From positions 1-59,921 of IMG/VR virus record IMGVR_UViG_3300037560_000117: DNA of 59,921 nucleotides. One strand, written 5' to 3'. The translations under genes were made by a program, and so were the position numbers. Of this stretch, positions 9,566-20,035 are shown in pieces. The stretch is from a virus (taxonomy: Duplodnaviria > Caudoviricetes). Position 1 is the stretch's first letter. Each line of letters begins with the position of its first letter. The notes under the pieces were generated by a model, which was given only the letters and a program-made list of their open reading frames with translations, ran no database searches and was not told where the DNA came from.

Positions 9566-9971
9566 GGCTCCACCATATCTGCGCCGTGAAATCGCGCAGG
9601 ACACGTCGCACAGCGGTTTTCTTTTTCATCACGGCCTTTGATACGTAACGTGTTTTCTTAATTTTAGTGGCGTAGTTAGCACCTGTCCATCCACCGAATT
9701 CGTGGATGCGTGCGTATACTACATCACTGCCAATAATTAACCGCCATCCTCGGTTTATCGCTTCAACGGCCCACTGCCATGAGTTGTACAAGTCGCCTGA
9801 GCGTCGCTTGAGAATGCGACCGGAGACGTTGCGTTTGATTTCACCTGTTATCAGATCACCGATCTTGGCCAATTGGAGCGGAAGCTTACCCAGATTGGCC
9901 AGTGCTGCTGTCAAGTGTGGGCTCTTAAATCCGCGAGGGTGTGTCTTCGAGTAGACCTTAATGCTTACCAT
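9552..9971 (-). CDS. Neck/tail completion (virion morphogenesis) protein
   Basis: RSGDLYNS and GSDVVYARIHEFGG motifs. Confidence 0.8.
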   Translation of the reverse strand: MVSIKVYSKTHPRGFKSPHLTAALANLGKLPLQLAKIGDLITGEIKRNVSGRILKRRSGDLYNSWQWAVEAINRGWRLIIGSDVVYARIHEFGGWTGANYATKIKKTRYVSKAVMKKKTAVRRVLRDFTAQIWWSHGQH

Positions 9972-10537
9972 GTGTGCTTGTACCTTCGCACGACCTTGGC
10001 CATTTCTTCGGGTGGCTTGTGGTCATACCAGAAGTTCTGCTCCCCGTCCTCCTGTCGTTTTATGCCAAGTCGCTCAGAGTTGTCTACTTCGTGCTTGGCC
10101 ATGAGGTAGCACGCATACTTGAGGTCGGTGGGGAAGGCGGAGGCATACCCGTACTCAAATGTCACACGTATGTTGTCGCGCCCTTTGTAGAATTTGTGAC
10201 CCTGTGTGAAGTAGATGTGGTTGGTTCCGGTTTTGAATGTGTAAGGTGTGGTTATGGCGTCGTATTCGACCCACGCTCTGCCGTCCCAATACTCCAGTGT
10301 GGTTAGGGCTGTGATCGGCGAGTTGGCTACGTAGAGGTAGCGTCCGCCCAGTCCACTGACGATTACGGTCTCGACTACGGGTGAAGGATCACCCACAACC
10401 TCGAACACACGACCTGTCTGGTTTTCGATCCATGCGGTGGCCGATGCGATTGCGTTTTGAATTTGTGTGGCGTTGTCGGCGGGACTTGGCAAGTCGTCAT
10501 AGGCGTCATACTCAGAATATGTGATGATGTTGGCCAT
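9965..10537 (-). CDS. Head-tail connector (adaptor) protein
   Basis: IASATAWIENQTGR, IRVTFEYGY and PTDLKYAC motifs; likely start MANII at 10537. Confidence 0.8.
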   Translation of the reverse strand: MANIITYSEYDAYDDLPSPADNATQIQNAIASATAWIENQTGRVFEVVGDPSPVVETVIVSGLGGRYLYVANSPITALTTLEYWDGRAWVEYDAITTPYTFKTGTNHIYFTQGHKFYKGRDNIRVTFEYGYASAFPTDLKYACYLMAKHEVDNSERLGIKRQEDGEQNFWYDHKPPEEMAKVVRRYKHTW

Positions 10538-10553
10538 GCGTGTGTTTCCTTTC

Positions 10554-10580
10554 AAAAGTGCGGGAGATTAAACCCGCACT
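10554..10580 (-). terminator. Putative rho-independent terminator
   Basis: AGTGCGGG-loop-CCCGCACT followed by a short T run. Confidence 0.5.
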
Positions 10581-10603
10581 CTATATTGTATGTGTATGTG
10601 CGA

Positions 10604-11413
10604 TTATGCTAGGTCGTTTGCTTTCTGGTAAAAGCAGAGCATCTTAGACCCTGCGGTGGCCGACGTAGGCGACGGTTCACCTGTGATGAGTATTTCGTCA
10701 TCGGATGCTACTGTGATAAGACTTGCGAATTCGTCGAGGATGTCATAGTCGGTCTCGTCTACAGTTAGTGCGACCAACACAGTATCACCTACTCTTACGC
10801 CTGTGAGTGTGGCAGTCGACGGCTGTAAGGTAGGCGATGCATCGATGGTGGCGATACCTACCTGCAAGTTAAGTGAACTGAAAGCACGCGGACCAGTTCG
10901 GTCCATGTACATACACCACACGCTATTGCCTGCAGTAGAATCAGAACACTGGATCGTGTCAGCGTCCGTAATCGAGCTATTACCTGTGCGATCAGTCCAC
11001 GCACCGGTGGTGGCATCTATCTCGATCACACTAATCAGTAGATCGGAGGTAGCAATACCCGTGATCGTGATGTCACTGGAACTGCCCGCACCTGCGCCGA
11101 CTTCTGATGCGACGAAGGGTGAGGCCACTTGTCGTCCTGCGTCGGTGGCCATCCACCAGATCGCTACGGTGTCCGATGCCGAGTTCGGTATCGTCACCTT
11201 TCCGCCTGCGATTATCTCCGCATCGGCGGTTATCTCGTCCCACGCGTTGGTTGTTGTTGCCAACTCCAACACGCCTATGAGAATGTCGCTAGTTGTGATA
11301 GCCACACCGTCCTGTGCCGCAACTGCGATTCCTGCCGTAGCTGAATCTGCGGCTCCACTTACGAAGGCAAATTTAATCAGCCCCGCACGTGTAGCTTGTG
11401 TCATTCCGCCCAA
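10604..11413 (-). CDS. Capsid decoration-like protein with three internal repeats
   Basis: Directly after the capsid gene; repeated IT(V)TGIxTSDxLIxVxExD units. Confidence 0.6.
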   Translation of the reverse strand: MGGMTQATRAGLIKFAFVSGAADSATAGIAVAAQDGVAITTSDILIGVLELATTTNAWDEITADAEIIAGGKVTIPNSASDTVAIWWMATDAGRQVASPFVASEVGAGAGSSSDITITGIATSDLLISVIEIDATTGAWTDRTGNSSITDADTIQCSDSTAGNSVWCMYMDRTGPRAFSSLNLQVGIATIDASPTLQPSTATLTGVRVGDTVLVALTVDETDYDILDEFASLITVASDDEILITGEPSPTSATAGSKMLCFYQKANDLA

Positions 11414-11427
11414 ATTAGGCTCCTTTC

Positions 11428-11455
11428 AAAAAAGCGGGCCGTGTGACCGACCCGC
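11428..11455 (-). terminator. Rho-independent terminator after the major capsid gene
   Basis: GCGGGTCG-GTCACA-CGGCCCGC-TTTTTT. Confidence 0.8.
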
Positions 11456-11483
11456 GATATGTCATTGTAATTAGTGCCGCAAC

Positions 11484-13586
11484 TTAGGTAGTGTGCTGCA
11501 TGTTGATCATACCAGAAACTGGCGTGATCGAGTCGGCGGAAATCTTACCGAAATCCCAACGACCTGTGGCAACGAACTGCTGCTGCTGTGTGAGGACGTT
11601 CTTTGCAAATTCCAGTGTGACACCTCTACGCTGACCAATTCGGAAGGAAGGCTTGTGGATGCACGCCATGGAGGTGTGCTTCACATCAGCTGTGGAGTCC
11701 TGAATGCCTGCTGAGGACAGTGTTTCGACGTACTGGCCAGAGACATAAATTTCGGAACCGTCGATGTTCGGCAGTGTACCGGAAATCATGAATGCGAGGA
11801 CACCAAGCGCATCTTCTTTGAAGAGAGCCTGTTGTACCTGTGTGCGGCCCTTAATGCCGGTGAGGTAGATGCAGTCGCTTGGATTGAGGCCTGCAACACC
11901 AAGGTCCTGCTTGGCATCGGTGAAGTTGACAAGTTCGAGCGCGTTCACACCGGTGGATGCAGACGAATCTTCGATGTCACGTGCGTTCCCAATGGCCAAC
12001 TTACGGAAGCCCTTAAACGTAGTTTCGACGTTGTAAACCGCGTAAGGTGTAGTTCCTGCGGCATTATCGAAGTGTGTGCCACTGTCATCACCGTTACACA
12101 TTGCGGATTCGAGACCTTCGAGCAATGCGGTAGCAAGTTCGTTGCGGATAAAGGCAACCATATCGAGAATCGCATCCTCTGTCAACTCTTCGGAAGCGAC
12201 AAGCGCACCGATGAAAAGTTCCGGAGTGAAGGTCTTCACACCTGTTGCGATCTGCGTTTTGCGTGCTTCCTCAGCGTTGTCGACTAAGGCCTCGCCACCC
12301 TTATAAACGACAGCCTTGCCATTCTGGAATGGGTACTTGGCTGATCCGCCCTTCGGCATGTTCCATGTGATGATTTTGGATGCGAGTCTTGGCTGCACAC
12401 GGAGGATTTCGTTGAATTCAGACGACAGCTCGGACGGGAGCCACTCAGCACCGTATCCGGCGTTGCCACCAGCCATAGCCAATGCAACTTCCTTATCGAA
12501 CTTCTCGGTCTGTACGATTAGCTCTTTGTGTAGTGCGAGTGTCTGGATGCTGTGGCGTTCACGACTACGGAATCGAGCCATCGCATCGGCGATTAGTGTG
12601 GCATCATGAAGATCACGGAGATTCTTCAACTGATAACCATTCTCCATCTTGTCGTAGTCGACAGGCATCTGGAAGAGGCAGTACGCACGCTGTGCGACGC
12701 CACCTAGCCTATTGCCGTTGTCATCAGTGAGCCATGTAAAGCTCGTAATCATTGAGCGGTAGTCTTTGAATGCGAGTCTGCCATCCATGACGTTTCGTTC
12801 GGTTTGCGAGGCTTCCACCTGCGCCTTAATCGTAGCGAGTTCAACAGAGATGGTCTCCATGCGCTCGGCAAAGTCGGTCTTTGTGATAACACGATCACTG
12901 AACTGTGACTGTGTGTCCTTGACGGCGTTAAGTAGTTCTTGTAGCTCGGTAACCTTTGCGCCAAGTGATTCTTGGTCGGTCATGTACTGGTCAAGTTTTA
13001 CAGTGTTCTCAGACAATGTAATACTCCTAACTTGTGTGTGTTGTGTGTTTATTTCTTCGAGTGAATTGCGTACTTCGAAGAGTGCTTTGGTATCGGCCCC
13101 GATGTTAACCACCGAGATTTCTTTCATGCGACCCTGTGTCACAGTTATAATCTCGGTCTTTTCATCAAATGACCACTTATCGATAGCGAAGCCAATCGAG
13201 AATGCGGATAGTGTGCCTTCATGTATGGCACGCTTCAAAAGCTCGCTGTTTTCGCGGAAGATTCGTACCTTACCGCGTAGGCCCTTGCCCTTGATTATCC
13301 TAAACTCGGTGACCATGCCGATTGGCTCTTTGCCGTCGTCGTGGAAGGCCAGAACGCGACCATTGAAGAGCGACATGCCCTTCGCATGACTAAAAGCATC
13401 GGCTTTTACGATCATGTTTCGTGACTCGATTAGCGATTCGGTAACGAACCACCCTTCGATGTCAATGTCGCCTTCCGCTCCCACGGACACATCAGCGAAC
13501 TGAGTGTCACACGACAGGAGGACCGTATCGGTGCGTGTTTCGTCGTATAGTTGGCTGAGGGCTTCTTGCCCCCGCTCGGATACCAT
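11484..13586 (-). CDS. Prohead protease-major capsid protein fusion (HK97 type)
   Basis: N-terminal VLAFHD, LSAFSIGF and EISVV protease motifs; coiled coil; capsid motifs GAEWLP, SEELTEDA and NGDD. Confidence 0.9.
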   Translation of the reverse strand: MVSERGQEALSQLYDETRTDTVLLSCDTQFADVSVGAEGDIDIEGWFVTESLIESRNMIVKADAFSHAKGMSLFNGRVLAFHDDGKEPIGMVTEFRIIKGKGLRGKVRIFRENSELLKRAIHEGTLSAFSIGFAIDKWSFDEKTEIITVTQGRMKEISVVNIGADTKALFEVRNSLEEINTQHTQVRSITLSENTVKLDQYMTDQESLGAKVTELQELLNAVKDTQSQFSDRVITKTDFAERMETISVELATIKAQVEASQTERNVMDGRLAFKDYRSMITSFTWLTDDNGNRLGGVAQRAYCLFQMPVDYDKMENGYQLKNLRDLHDATLIADAMARFRSRERHSIQTLALHKELIVQTEKFDKEVALAMAGGNAGYGAEWLPSELSSEFNEILRVQPRLASKIITWNMPKGGSAKYPFQNGKAVVYKGGEALVDNAEEARKTQIATGVKTFTPELFIGALVASEELTEDAILDMVAFIRNELATALLEGLESAMCNGDDSGTHFDNAAGTTPYAVYNVETTFKGFRKLAIGNARDIEDSSASTGVNALELVNFTDAKQDLGVAGLNPSDCIYLTGIKGRTQVQQALFKEDALGVLAFMISGTLPNIDGSEIYVSGQYVETLSSAGIQDSTADVKHTSMACIHKPSFRIGQRRGVTLEFAKNVLTQQQQFVATGRWDFGKISADSITPVSGMINMQHTT

Positions 13587-13615
13587 AGACGTCTCCTTGT
13601 GGTAGAATTTAGCTG

Positions 13616-15409
13616 TTATTTAGTGAAGATAACCGACGTGCGGTCATCTTGGCGGAGGTGCTTCATATCCGACAGTGTGCTTACTGTGTCGGCGATAAAG
13701 GCACGTAGAATCTGGTGTGCTATGCCTTGGGTGCGAGTTTGTGACAGGATACCTCGTATCCGTCTTTCCAACTGCCAGTACGTCCAGTGGTACTGGTCGG
13801 CGTCGCTAAACGCAACCTGTAGCATGGCGGTATTTTGCTCTATGACACTCTCGATCTTAAAGTCAATCTCGCGCAGTAGTCGCACCACCCTCATATCGGA
13901 CATGTCAGGTGTGAATGACAGGGCCTTGGCCCCGCGTTCCATTACGATCTTACGTAAGATTGGCTTGAGTGCGTTGCCTACGATCCTGTTTGCTGATACC
14001 CCGTCATATAGGCGGGGAACCTGTGTGACCGGATCACATAGCACACTCATAAGTGAGCCACTGGCTGTAAGTTTACTCAGATTAGCCAACAGCCTCGTGC
14101 GTTGGAATCGAGTCGCTCTAGCCAGAGCGTTGTCGACTTCATTCTGCTCCTCCTTCGTGGGTTGTTCTTCATCAGTATCATTAACCGGAATCGCATCCGG
14201 ATCAATTATCGCTTCATCGGGCTTCGCATTTTCGTCGATGTTTAGCTGTTCCCGCACGTAACCTGCACTCACTATGCCTTTTTGTTTTAGTTTCAGTAGG
14301 CGATCTTCAATTTCAGTTCGTGTGCCTTTAATCGATGCCACGCTGTCGAGATCGAATTTCAATCGTACCTCAGGACCGTAAATCGGCCAGAGAAGTTGCT
14401 TATTAAATGCATCTTCGATCACTTTAAGTATCGGTTGTATCGTGTTAAGCCAGAAGTCCTTATCTTGTGCGATTGCGTTCGCATAGTTAGCGAATCGCAT
14501 TACACCGCCACGGAATGGTGGCAGTCCATAGACACCGAAGATTTTCTCACGGTTCATTTCAAGGAGTTCCTTGAATGCGATATCCTTGTGTTTTTGTTCT
14601 GGTGTCTCGAATTTACCCGCATAACGATTTATGAAAATCTTAAAAGCCTGATCCGCACCGCCCACTTCGGATGACATCGCATCTAGTATCTGTAAATGCT
14701 GATCTTCGGTTAGGTCGTGGTCGGGTGTGAACATCAGGTTAATAGTCGCACCATACCGGAAGAAATTCGAATTGAAGCGATTAATGAAGTAATCCATCAT
14801 AATCTCTTCCCGCACGGTGTTTATGCGGCCTACACCCCAGAACGGATCGTCCACATCCATATCACGAATGTGAATCACACGGTTGCGTGGGAATGTCTTC
14901 TGTGCGGTGGTGTACACACCAAATCGGTAGCTTCTGTCTCTGGTGTTGATGTCCAGATTGCGCGGATCACGTGGCCATATTTCAACGTTGGTGTTGGGAC
15001 CGGTCTTCTTTTCGATTGTGAGGACCGCGTTGCCGTCGTTAAGGTACGACTTCGTGACGTGATCGATCACATCGGACCACGAGTGTTCCGTGTTAGGATT
15101 ACGTAACATTTCATTTGCGGGGTGGTCGTTGTTTATCTCTCGTTCGATTCCCCCAATCGATTCAACTTCTACCACATGTACTGGTAAGCTCTTAATCGCA
15201 TCAGAGATGGCACGTGTGGCGATGTACACGTTCGCATTGACCTTGGGTGCGTCGATGTCGTGTCTCGTTTTCGGGTGACGCTGTGCCCATTCTTGATTTC
15301 CGTATTTTTTGAATATCTCCACACTGCCTGCTGTGTCTTTGAATTTGACAAAGCGTGTGCGTACCTTGGTCCACAGGTGTCGTACGGCGGTTACAAGTTC
15401 CACTATCAT
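13616..15409 (-). CDS. Portal protein (HK97 family) with C-terminal extension
   Basis: ISDAIKSLP, MLRNPN, YLNDGNA, VIHIR, WGVGRI and IFGVYGLPP motifs. Confidence 0.92.
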   Translation of the reverse strand: MIVELVTAVRHLWTKVRTRFVKFKDTAGSVEIFKKYGNQEWAQRHPKTRHDIDAPKVNANVYIATRAISDAIKSLPVHVVEVESIGGIEREINNDHPANEMLRNPNTEHSWSDVIDHVTKSYLNDGNAVLTIEKKTGPNTNVEIWPRDPRNLDINTRDRSYRFGVYTTAQKTFPRNRVIHIRDMDVDDPFWGVGRINTVREEIMMDYFINRFNSNFFRYGATINLMFTPDHDLTEDQHLQILDAMSSEVGGADQAFKIFINRYAGKFETPEQKHKDIAFKELLEMNREKIFGVYGLPPFRGGVMRFANYANAIAQDKDFWLNTIQPILKVIEDAFNKQLLWPIYGPEVRLKFDLDSVASIKGTRTEIEDRLLKLKQKGIVSAGYVREQLNIDENAKPDEAIIDPDAIPVNDTDEEQPTKEEQNEVDNALARATRFQRTRLLANLSKLTASGSLMSVLCDPVTQVPRLYDGVSANRIVGNALKPILRKIVMERGAKALSFTPDMSDMRVVRLLREIDFKIESVIEQNTAMLQVAFSDADQYHWTYWQLERRIRGILSQTRTQGIAHQILRAFIADTVSTLSDMKHLRQDDRTSVIFTK

Positions 15410-16158
15410 TCAATTTCTCCTTTGACGAACATTACACGCTTGATGTCACCCGCTTTTATCTTCTCGGCTGATACTTGGTCGTATGGGCGTGCGAATCGAT
15501 AACCGTGCGCCTGCATGAAATTCGATAGCTGCTGAGGTGTATAGCCGTACTGTGCGAAGTGACCGATTGAGTATTCAACCATGACGAGCATCTGTTCATT
15601 TTCGGTTAAAACGCCTCGTGCGCCGTTAAGTACCATCAGCTCCGCACCCTCTACGTCGATTTTGATTACGTCCACTAAGCGATTACCGCTCTCCGATACA
15701 GTATCAAGTGTGACTGCCTGTACTTTTAGGGTATCTTCTGCGTTACCGACCACGGACTCAATCACACGATGGCGACCCGGATTTTCGTTCATCTTTAAGT
15801 GTAGGTGTGTATTTTTGTTCCAGGCAGCGACTTGTGCGGGCACAATTCCCGTAACGCACGTCTGCGCGTTGCGTCGTAGCTCGATGTAGTTTGACGAATC
15901 TGGCTCCATTGCATAGATAGTCGGGACGATGTGATATCGTGCTTGGTAGTAGTGGCTCATATTTATCGACCACAAACCAACGTGCGCACCCACATCAACG
16001 AATATGCCGCTGAGCAGTTTAGCCTCGGCCACACGGTCGAGGTAATTGCACACAAAGGCGATCTCGGTGGATTCGTAGTCCTTCATATAACACGGCGAGC
16101 ACTTATCATACCCGCACGTGTGGAATTTTGGTTGTAATGTGTGTGTGTTAGATGTCAT
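15406..16158 (-). CDS. FkbM-family SAM-dependent methyltransferase
   Basis: FVDVGAHVG, YAMEP and VIKIDVEGAELMVLNGA motifs. Confidence 0.92.
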   Translation of the reverse strand: MTSNTHTLQPKFHTCGYDKCSPCYMKDYESTEIAFVCNYLDRVAEAKLLSGIFVDVGAHVGLWSINMSHYYQARYHIVPTIYAMEPDSSNYIELRRNAQTCVTGIVPAQVAAWNKNTHLHLKMNENPGRHRVIESVVGNAEDTLKVQAVTLDTVSESGNRLVDVIKIDVEGAELMVLNGARGVLTENEQMLVMVEYSIGHFAQYGYTPQQLSNFMQAHGYRFARPYDQVSAEKIKAGDIKRVMFVKGEIE

Positions 16159-17888
16159 AAATGCCAGCTCCTTCGTGGCCTCCCATTATTGGGCTTTTCT
16201 TGGATTTGGCCGATTACTCGTGCTTTCGGTTCACCGTGATTCCTCGCTAGGTTTGTCGATCCGGCACGCCAACTCACATCGCCTGCGATGCTGTTATTCA
16301 CACCACTTACTAGCTTGGCAAGGTAACGATATCCGCTTGAGTGGAAGAAGTGATCGACACCCTTAGTCCACACAGGACGCCCTGCGGTATTAGTGATGCG
16401 TGACGGCACTAACATTTGTTTCATAAAACTGCCGCCCTCGGAAGATTGGAAGTCATGTTTAGCATGAATTTTCTTATCTAAAATGCCCTTGACCATAAGA
16501 TCAAGCATCTCCGTGCGATTGGTATCGACAATGCGGTCTTTGTAGTTTAGCTTGTAAGCTTTATTTCCTTTTATCTGGTCTTTAGGTCGATAGTAACACA
16601 TCCATCGGTTGCCTTTTGCCATCACAAAATCGCGTGTGTCAGCATAACCACCGCCCTGTGCGTCAATAACGGTACAGATCACATTCCATCGATCCTCTAA
16701 CGCCTCTACATCGGTCCATCGATCAACGTTGGTGTAGTGTAAATCGATAATCTCACCGTCCCACACCATAGAGATTACACAGGTAAATTTCTTGCCTTGG
16801 TCAACTCCCATGATCGTGCGACAAGCCTGTACGTCAAAATCGAATTTGTCCATATCAGGGAATACGGATCGTTTGAGGATCGTTTCAGTCAACTTGAACT
16901 CGATATTTTCATATGTCATACCGAGATAATTGTTATGAAAATTTTGTAATGCGGTCGGATCGTTCTGTGCGGACATAAATTTACGGAACAAGTGAATCAT
17001 ATCACTCGGTTTTTTCTTTTTGTCAACAAACAAACGAGTAATGCGATAGCCACTCGCTCTGTTTTTGCCAGGATTCATTGCGATCCATCGCCCGTACCCC
17101 ATGCGATCAAAACTTCGGTCACACTCGCTACATACTGCCAATCCGGCAGGGTGTCGTAACTTCCATGAGTTGTGGTATGGCTCGACGAAATGCTCGTACC
17201 AGTCTAATATCTGTTCTTTGCCACAGTGCTCGCATTCTACGTGCCATTCCTTCTGATCGGATGCCATGAATTCTTTGTGTATGCCTTTGCCGTCGATTGT
17301 GGGGTTGCCAAATTTCCAAATTATCGGATTCGCAACATCCTCTACACGGTCATATGCGTACCACAAATTCGCTTGATCGAGTTGGTCATATTCGTCAAAG
17401 AATAACACTTCACACGGGAATTCAAAGAAATCTTTTCGCACATTGGAACCAACGAACTTCCAGCCTTTACCAAAAATCGATTTATATACGTTGCTGTCAG
17501 ATTCGTTACTGATAGTCTTAATCGCATTCTCATACAAGGGTGAGAAATCTCGCATGTGATTAATGCGATCCTGTACAAATGTCTTTCGATGCTCTTTACT
17601 TGGTAGCACATACATCCCACGCTTACCTTGGTTAGCAAATGTATACATGGCGCATAGTGCGTGTTCTGTCATGTGAACCTGCGAACACTTAACGATAACC
17701 ATCTCGTGTGATTGGTCTTTGTAGATAGCTGTTAACCATGGTTTATCACGGAATTTCATCCGGTCGCCTTTGGTCGTGCGATGATGTACCATGCCCATAA
17801 ACAAACGTGGATGCTTCTCTGACACAACATCTAAGCCACACCCTAACATTTGCTGTGCGTCTCTTGAGAGTGATGATTTGTTACTCAA
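16155..17888 (-). CDS. terL: Terminase large subunit (lambda GpA-like)
   Basis: KCSQVHMTE Walker A-like, LFFDEYD Walker B, GNPT, CxxC pairs, MGVDQG nuclease motif, DHFFH. Confidence 0.9.
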   Translation of the reverse strand: MSNKSSLSRDAQQMLGCGLDVVSEKHPRLFMGMVHHRTTKGDRMKFRDKPWLTAIYKDQSHEMVIVKCSQVHMTEHALCAMYTFANQGKRGMYVLPSKEHRKTFVQDRINHMRDFSPLYENAIKTISNESDSNVYKSIFGKGWKFVGSNVRKDFFEFPCEVLFFDEYDQLDQANLWYAYDRVEDVANPIIWKFGNPTIDGKGIHKEFMASDQKEWHVECEHCGKEQILDWYEHFVEPYHNSWKLRHPAGLAVCSECDRSFDRMGYGRWIAMNPGKNRASGYRITRLFVDKKKKPSDMIHLFRKFMSAQNDPTALQNFHNNYLGMTYENIEFKLTETILKRSVFPDMDKFDFDVQACRTIMGVDQGKKFTCVISMVWDGEIIDLHYTNVDRWTDVEALEDRWNVICTVIDAQGGGYADTRDFVMAKGNRWMCYYRPKDQIKGNKAYKLNYKDRIVDTNRTEMLDLMVKGILDKKIHAKHDFQSSEGGSFMKQMLVPSRITNTAGRPVWTKGVDHFFHSSGYRYLAKLVSGVNNSIAGDVSWRAGSTNLARNHGEPKARVIGQIQEKPNNGRPRRSWHL

Positions 17889-18349
17889 TATGACCTTTGT
17901 GCGCGGATGAACTCCAATAGGAGGGCTTCACCTTCTACGCTTACTCCAAATGCTAAGTTGTGTGTGCGACCATGTAGAATTATCAGGCACTCGCCTTCCT
18001 TTTTCAGTTGCCTGCGTAATGCACCCGCATGGACGCTGTAGTCGAAGACCTCAAGTGTGCAATCGTCGTCGATTGGTATGATCTCGCCACCACGTCGGAC
18101 TGCCGGTAGGTGTACGGAATCGATTAGGCTGTAGATTGTAATGTCTCGCACTGCGATTGTGCTATCACACATAGCTAACATTCCCACGAAGTGGTAGTCG
18201 TTGTCGGCCTTGCGTACGAATCGGAAATCGACTGGGCTTTGGTTGTATATGATAACCTGATCTGGCGGTCTGGACTGCGACAGGGTAGAGGGACTAAGAG
18301 CCAGAAGCAACGCAGTAATCATAAGCGCATGCAGTAGTCTTCGTATCAT
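17885..18349 (-). CDS. Secreted/periplasmic hypothetical protein
   Basis: Signal peptide MIRRLLHALMITALLLALSP after an AAGGAG RBS. Confidence 0.6.
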   Translation of the reverse strand: MIRRLLHALMITALLLALSPSTLSQSRPPDQVIIYNQSPVDFRFVRKADNDYHFVGMLAMCDSTIAVRDITIYSLIDSVHLPAVRRGGEIIPIDDDCTLEVFDYSVHAGALRRQLKKEGECLIILHGRTHNLAFGVSVEGEALLLEFIRAQRSY

Positions 18350-18488
18350 GTGTGTCTCCTTGGGCGTTATAAACCTGCGAATGCACGATAACATGCCGTG
18401 TGTTACGGTGCATTTTGTAATTTACATGGGATCGGTCACACACCGCTATAACCGATCCCACTTTGAGACTAATGCCGACAAGCACAGT

Positions 18489-18941
18489 CTAGCTTTTAAT
18501 GGACAATATTTCTGTCAGTGCCCTGATATCGCTGATTTCGTCTTGGTACACCTTACGCCCTATTAGGGCCTTAGTAGCAACTACCAGCTCTGGGTCTATG
18601 AATGTCTCCAACACACCATAAACACGGCCGCACAGCGTACTGATTACAGACTGGTAACTGTCATGTAATTCTCTTTCGGTGCCGTTTTCAATTTGCATCA
18701 GTTCATACGTGCGACATTCAATTTTACGCATTAACTCATCACGCAGGATGGTGATTCCGCACGCAACTCTACGCTCACTTTCAATTTGCGCACCCAAGAT
18801 ACTCTGTGCCCGACTCATGAATGCGTCGATAGTTGTCATCAGTACTCGGTGTACTTTGCGCTGTGCGCTACAGTTGCTTGTGTCATTAAACGGATAAGCC
18901 TCTGGCAGCCCACCCATCACTTTGTTGTTGTTTTCGGCCAT
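18489..18941 (-). CDS. Hypothetical protein
   Basis: GAGG RBS; 150-aa ORF. Confidence 0.6.
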   Translation of the reverse strand: MAENNNKVMGGLPEAYPFNDTSNCSAQRKVHRVLMTTIDAFMSRAQSILGAQIESERRVACGITILRDELMRKIECRTYELMQIENGTERELHDSYQSVISTLCGRVYGVLETFIDPELVVATKALIGRKVYQDEISDIRALTEILSIKS

Positions 18942-18996
18942 TACTGGACCTCACTTTACGTTACGTTACTTTGGTACGATATGTACCGTGTGATAC

Positions 18997-19605
18997 TCAG
19001 TCTCTTTGCCGGATCGCATCACATACCAAGATAGCCTTGGTGTCCGACGTCTGAATTTTTACTACGGCGTTAATGCCAAGCTTGCCTCGGTAGTACGCCT
19101 GCACACTATCGGTGTCTGGGTAGGTTCGTAGGTGTGACTTGCTATCGAAATTGGGCACAGAGAAAATCACACGCGTTCTGGCAGGTATATACTTGAGGAT
19201 GCGATGATCGTCCAGATGTTCGAACACCTCGACCGCGATCACGCAGGTGAAATTTCGATTGTGTGCTACCCACGTCTCTCGATCATAAGCTGATCCGCAC
19301 CACACGGACTTTTTCACACGATTCGGACATCGGTTGATACCCGCTTGACTAAAATCGAAGCCGTTGTATGTGGCCCGCAGTGTGTCATCTGCAATCAAGC
19401 CGATGATCTGCTCGCCCAGTGCGCCATTTCCACACCCAACTTCCAAGATCGATAGGTCTTGGCGTTGAGGGAACCGCACTAGCCAATCAAGTACCACGTC
19501 GTATATGGGCTGAAAGCGTGTCGTGTTGTACCCACCTTTCCGTGCGTATATCCTGTTGTAGTAGCGGTGGTCTTCTTCGAGTCGACCTGTATATTCTACT
19601 GCCAT
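18997..19605 (-). CDS. Class I SAM-dependent methyltransferase
   Basis: ILEVGCGNG, GFDFS, EVFEHL and SVPN motifs. Confidence 0.88.
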   Translation of the reverse strand: MAVEYTGRLEEDHRYYNRIYARKGGYNTTRFQPIYDVVLDWLVRFPQRQDLSILEVGCGNGALGEQIIGLIADDTLRATYNGFDFSQAGINRCPNRVKKSVWCGSAYDRETWVAHNRNFTCVIAVEVFEHLDDHRILKYIPARTRVIFSVPNFDSKSHLRTYPDTDSVQAYYRGKLGINAVVKIQTSDTKAILVCDAIRQRD

Positions 19606-19787
19606 AGTAAGTTCGTGTATGCAGGTTCGCGATTATCTACCAGAAGCGATGGCACATTGCACTTATCGCACATAACCGGTATGTCATCCTCATGCTCGAT
19701 GGTATCATATTTAATACCGCAGTGAGAGCATGTGACTTCGCACCAGTCCATTTTTGCGCCTGTTTGGTTGATGAATTGTGAATTCAT
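19596..19787 (-). CDS. Small zinc-ribbon protein
   Basis: CSHC...CDKC. Confidence 0.5.
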   Translation of the reverse strand: MNSQFINQTGAKMDWCEVTCSHCGIKYDTIEHEDDIPVMCDKCNVPSLLVDNREPAYTNLLWQ

Positions 19788-20035
19788 ATTCGTGTGTCCT
19801 CGCCGACTTTTTCAACAAGCCTAGCTTCTTCTTTTACTAAGTCATTCACACGTACAATAAACGCTTCAACTTCTTTTTTAGTGACTTTTCCTGTTGCAAC
19901 AAGCAAATCAACTAAACAAAGTACACACTCACCCCCGCCACGTCTGGACTTACGCCCGCACGGGCACTGTGAGAAGGTCGAGACACCGCGTGGGAAGTTG
20001 TACCATACCGCGCTGAACCAGTCATATATTCGCAT
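19784..20035 (-). CDS. Hypothetical Cys-containing protein
   Basis: Overlapping start and stop codons with neighbours. Confidence 0.5.
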   Translation of the reverse strand: MRIYDWFSAVWYNFPRGVSTFSQCPCGRKSRRGGGECVLCLVDLLVATGKVTKKEVEAFIVRVNDLVKEEARLVEKVGEDTRI

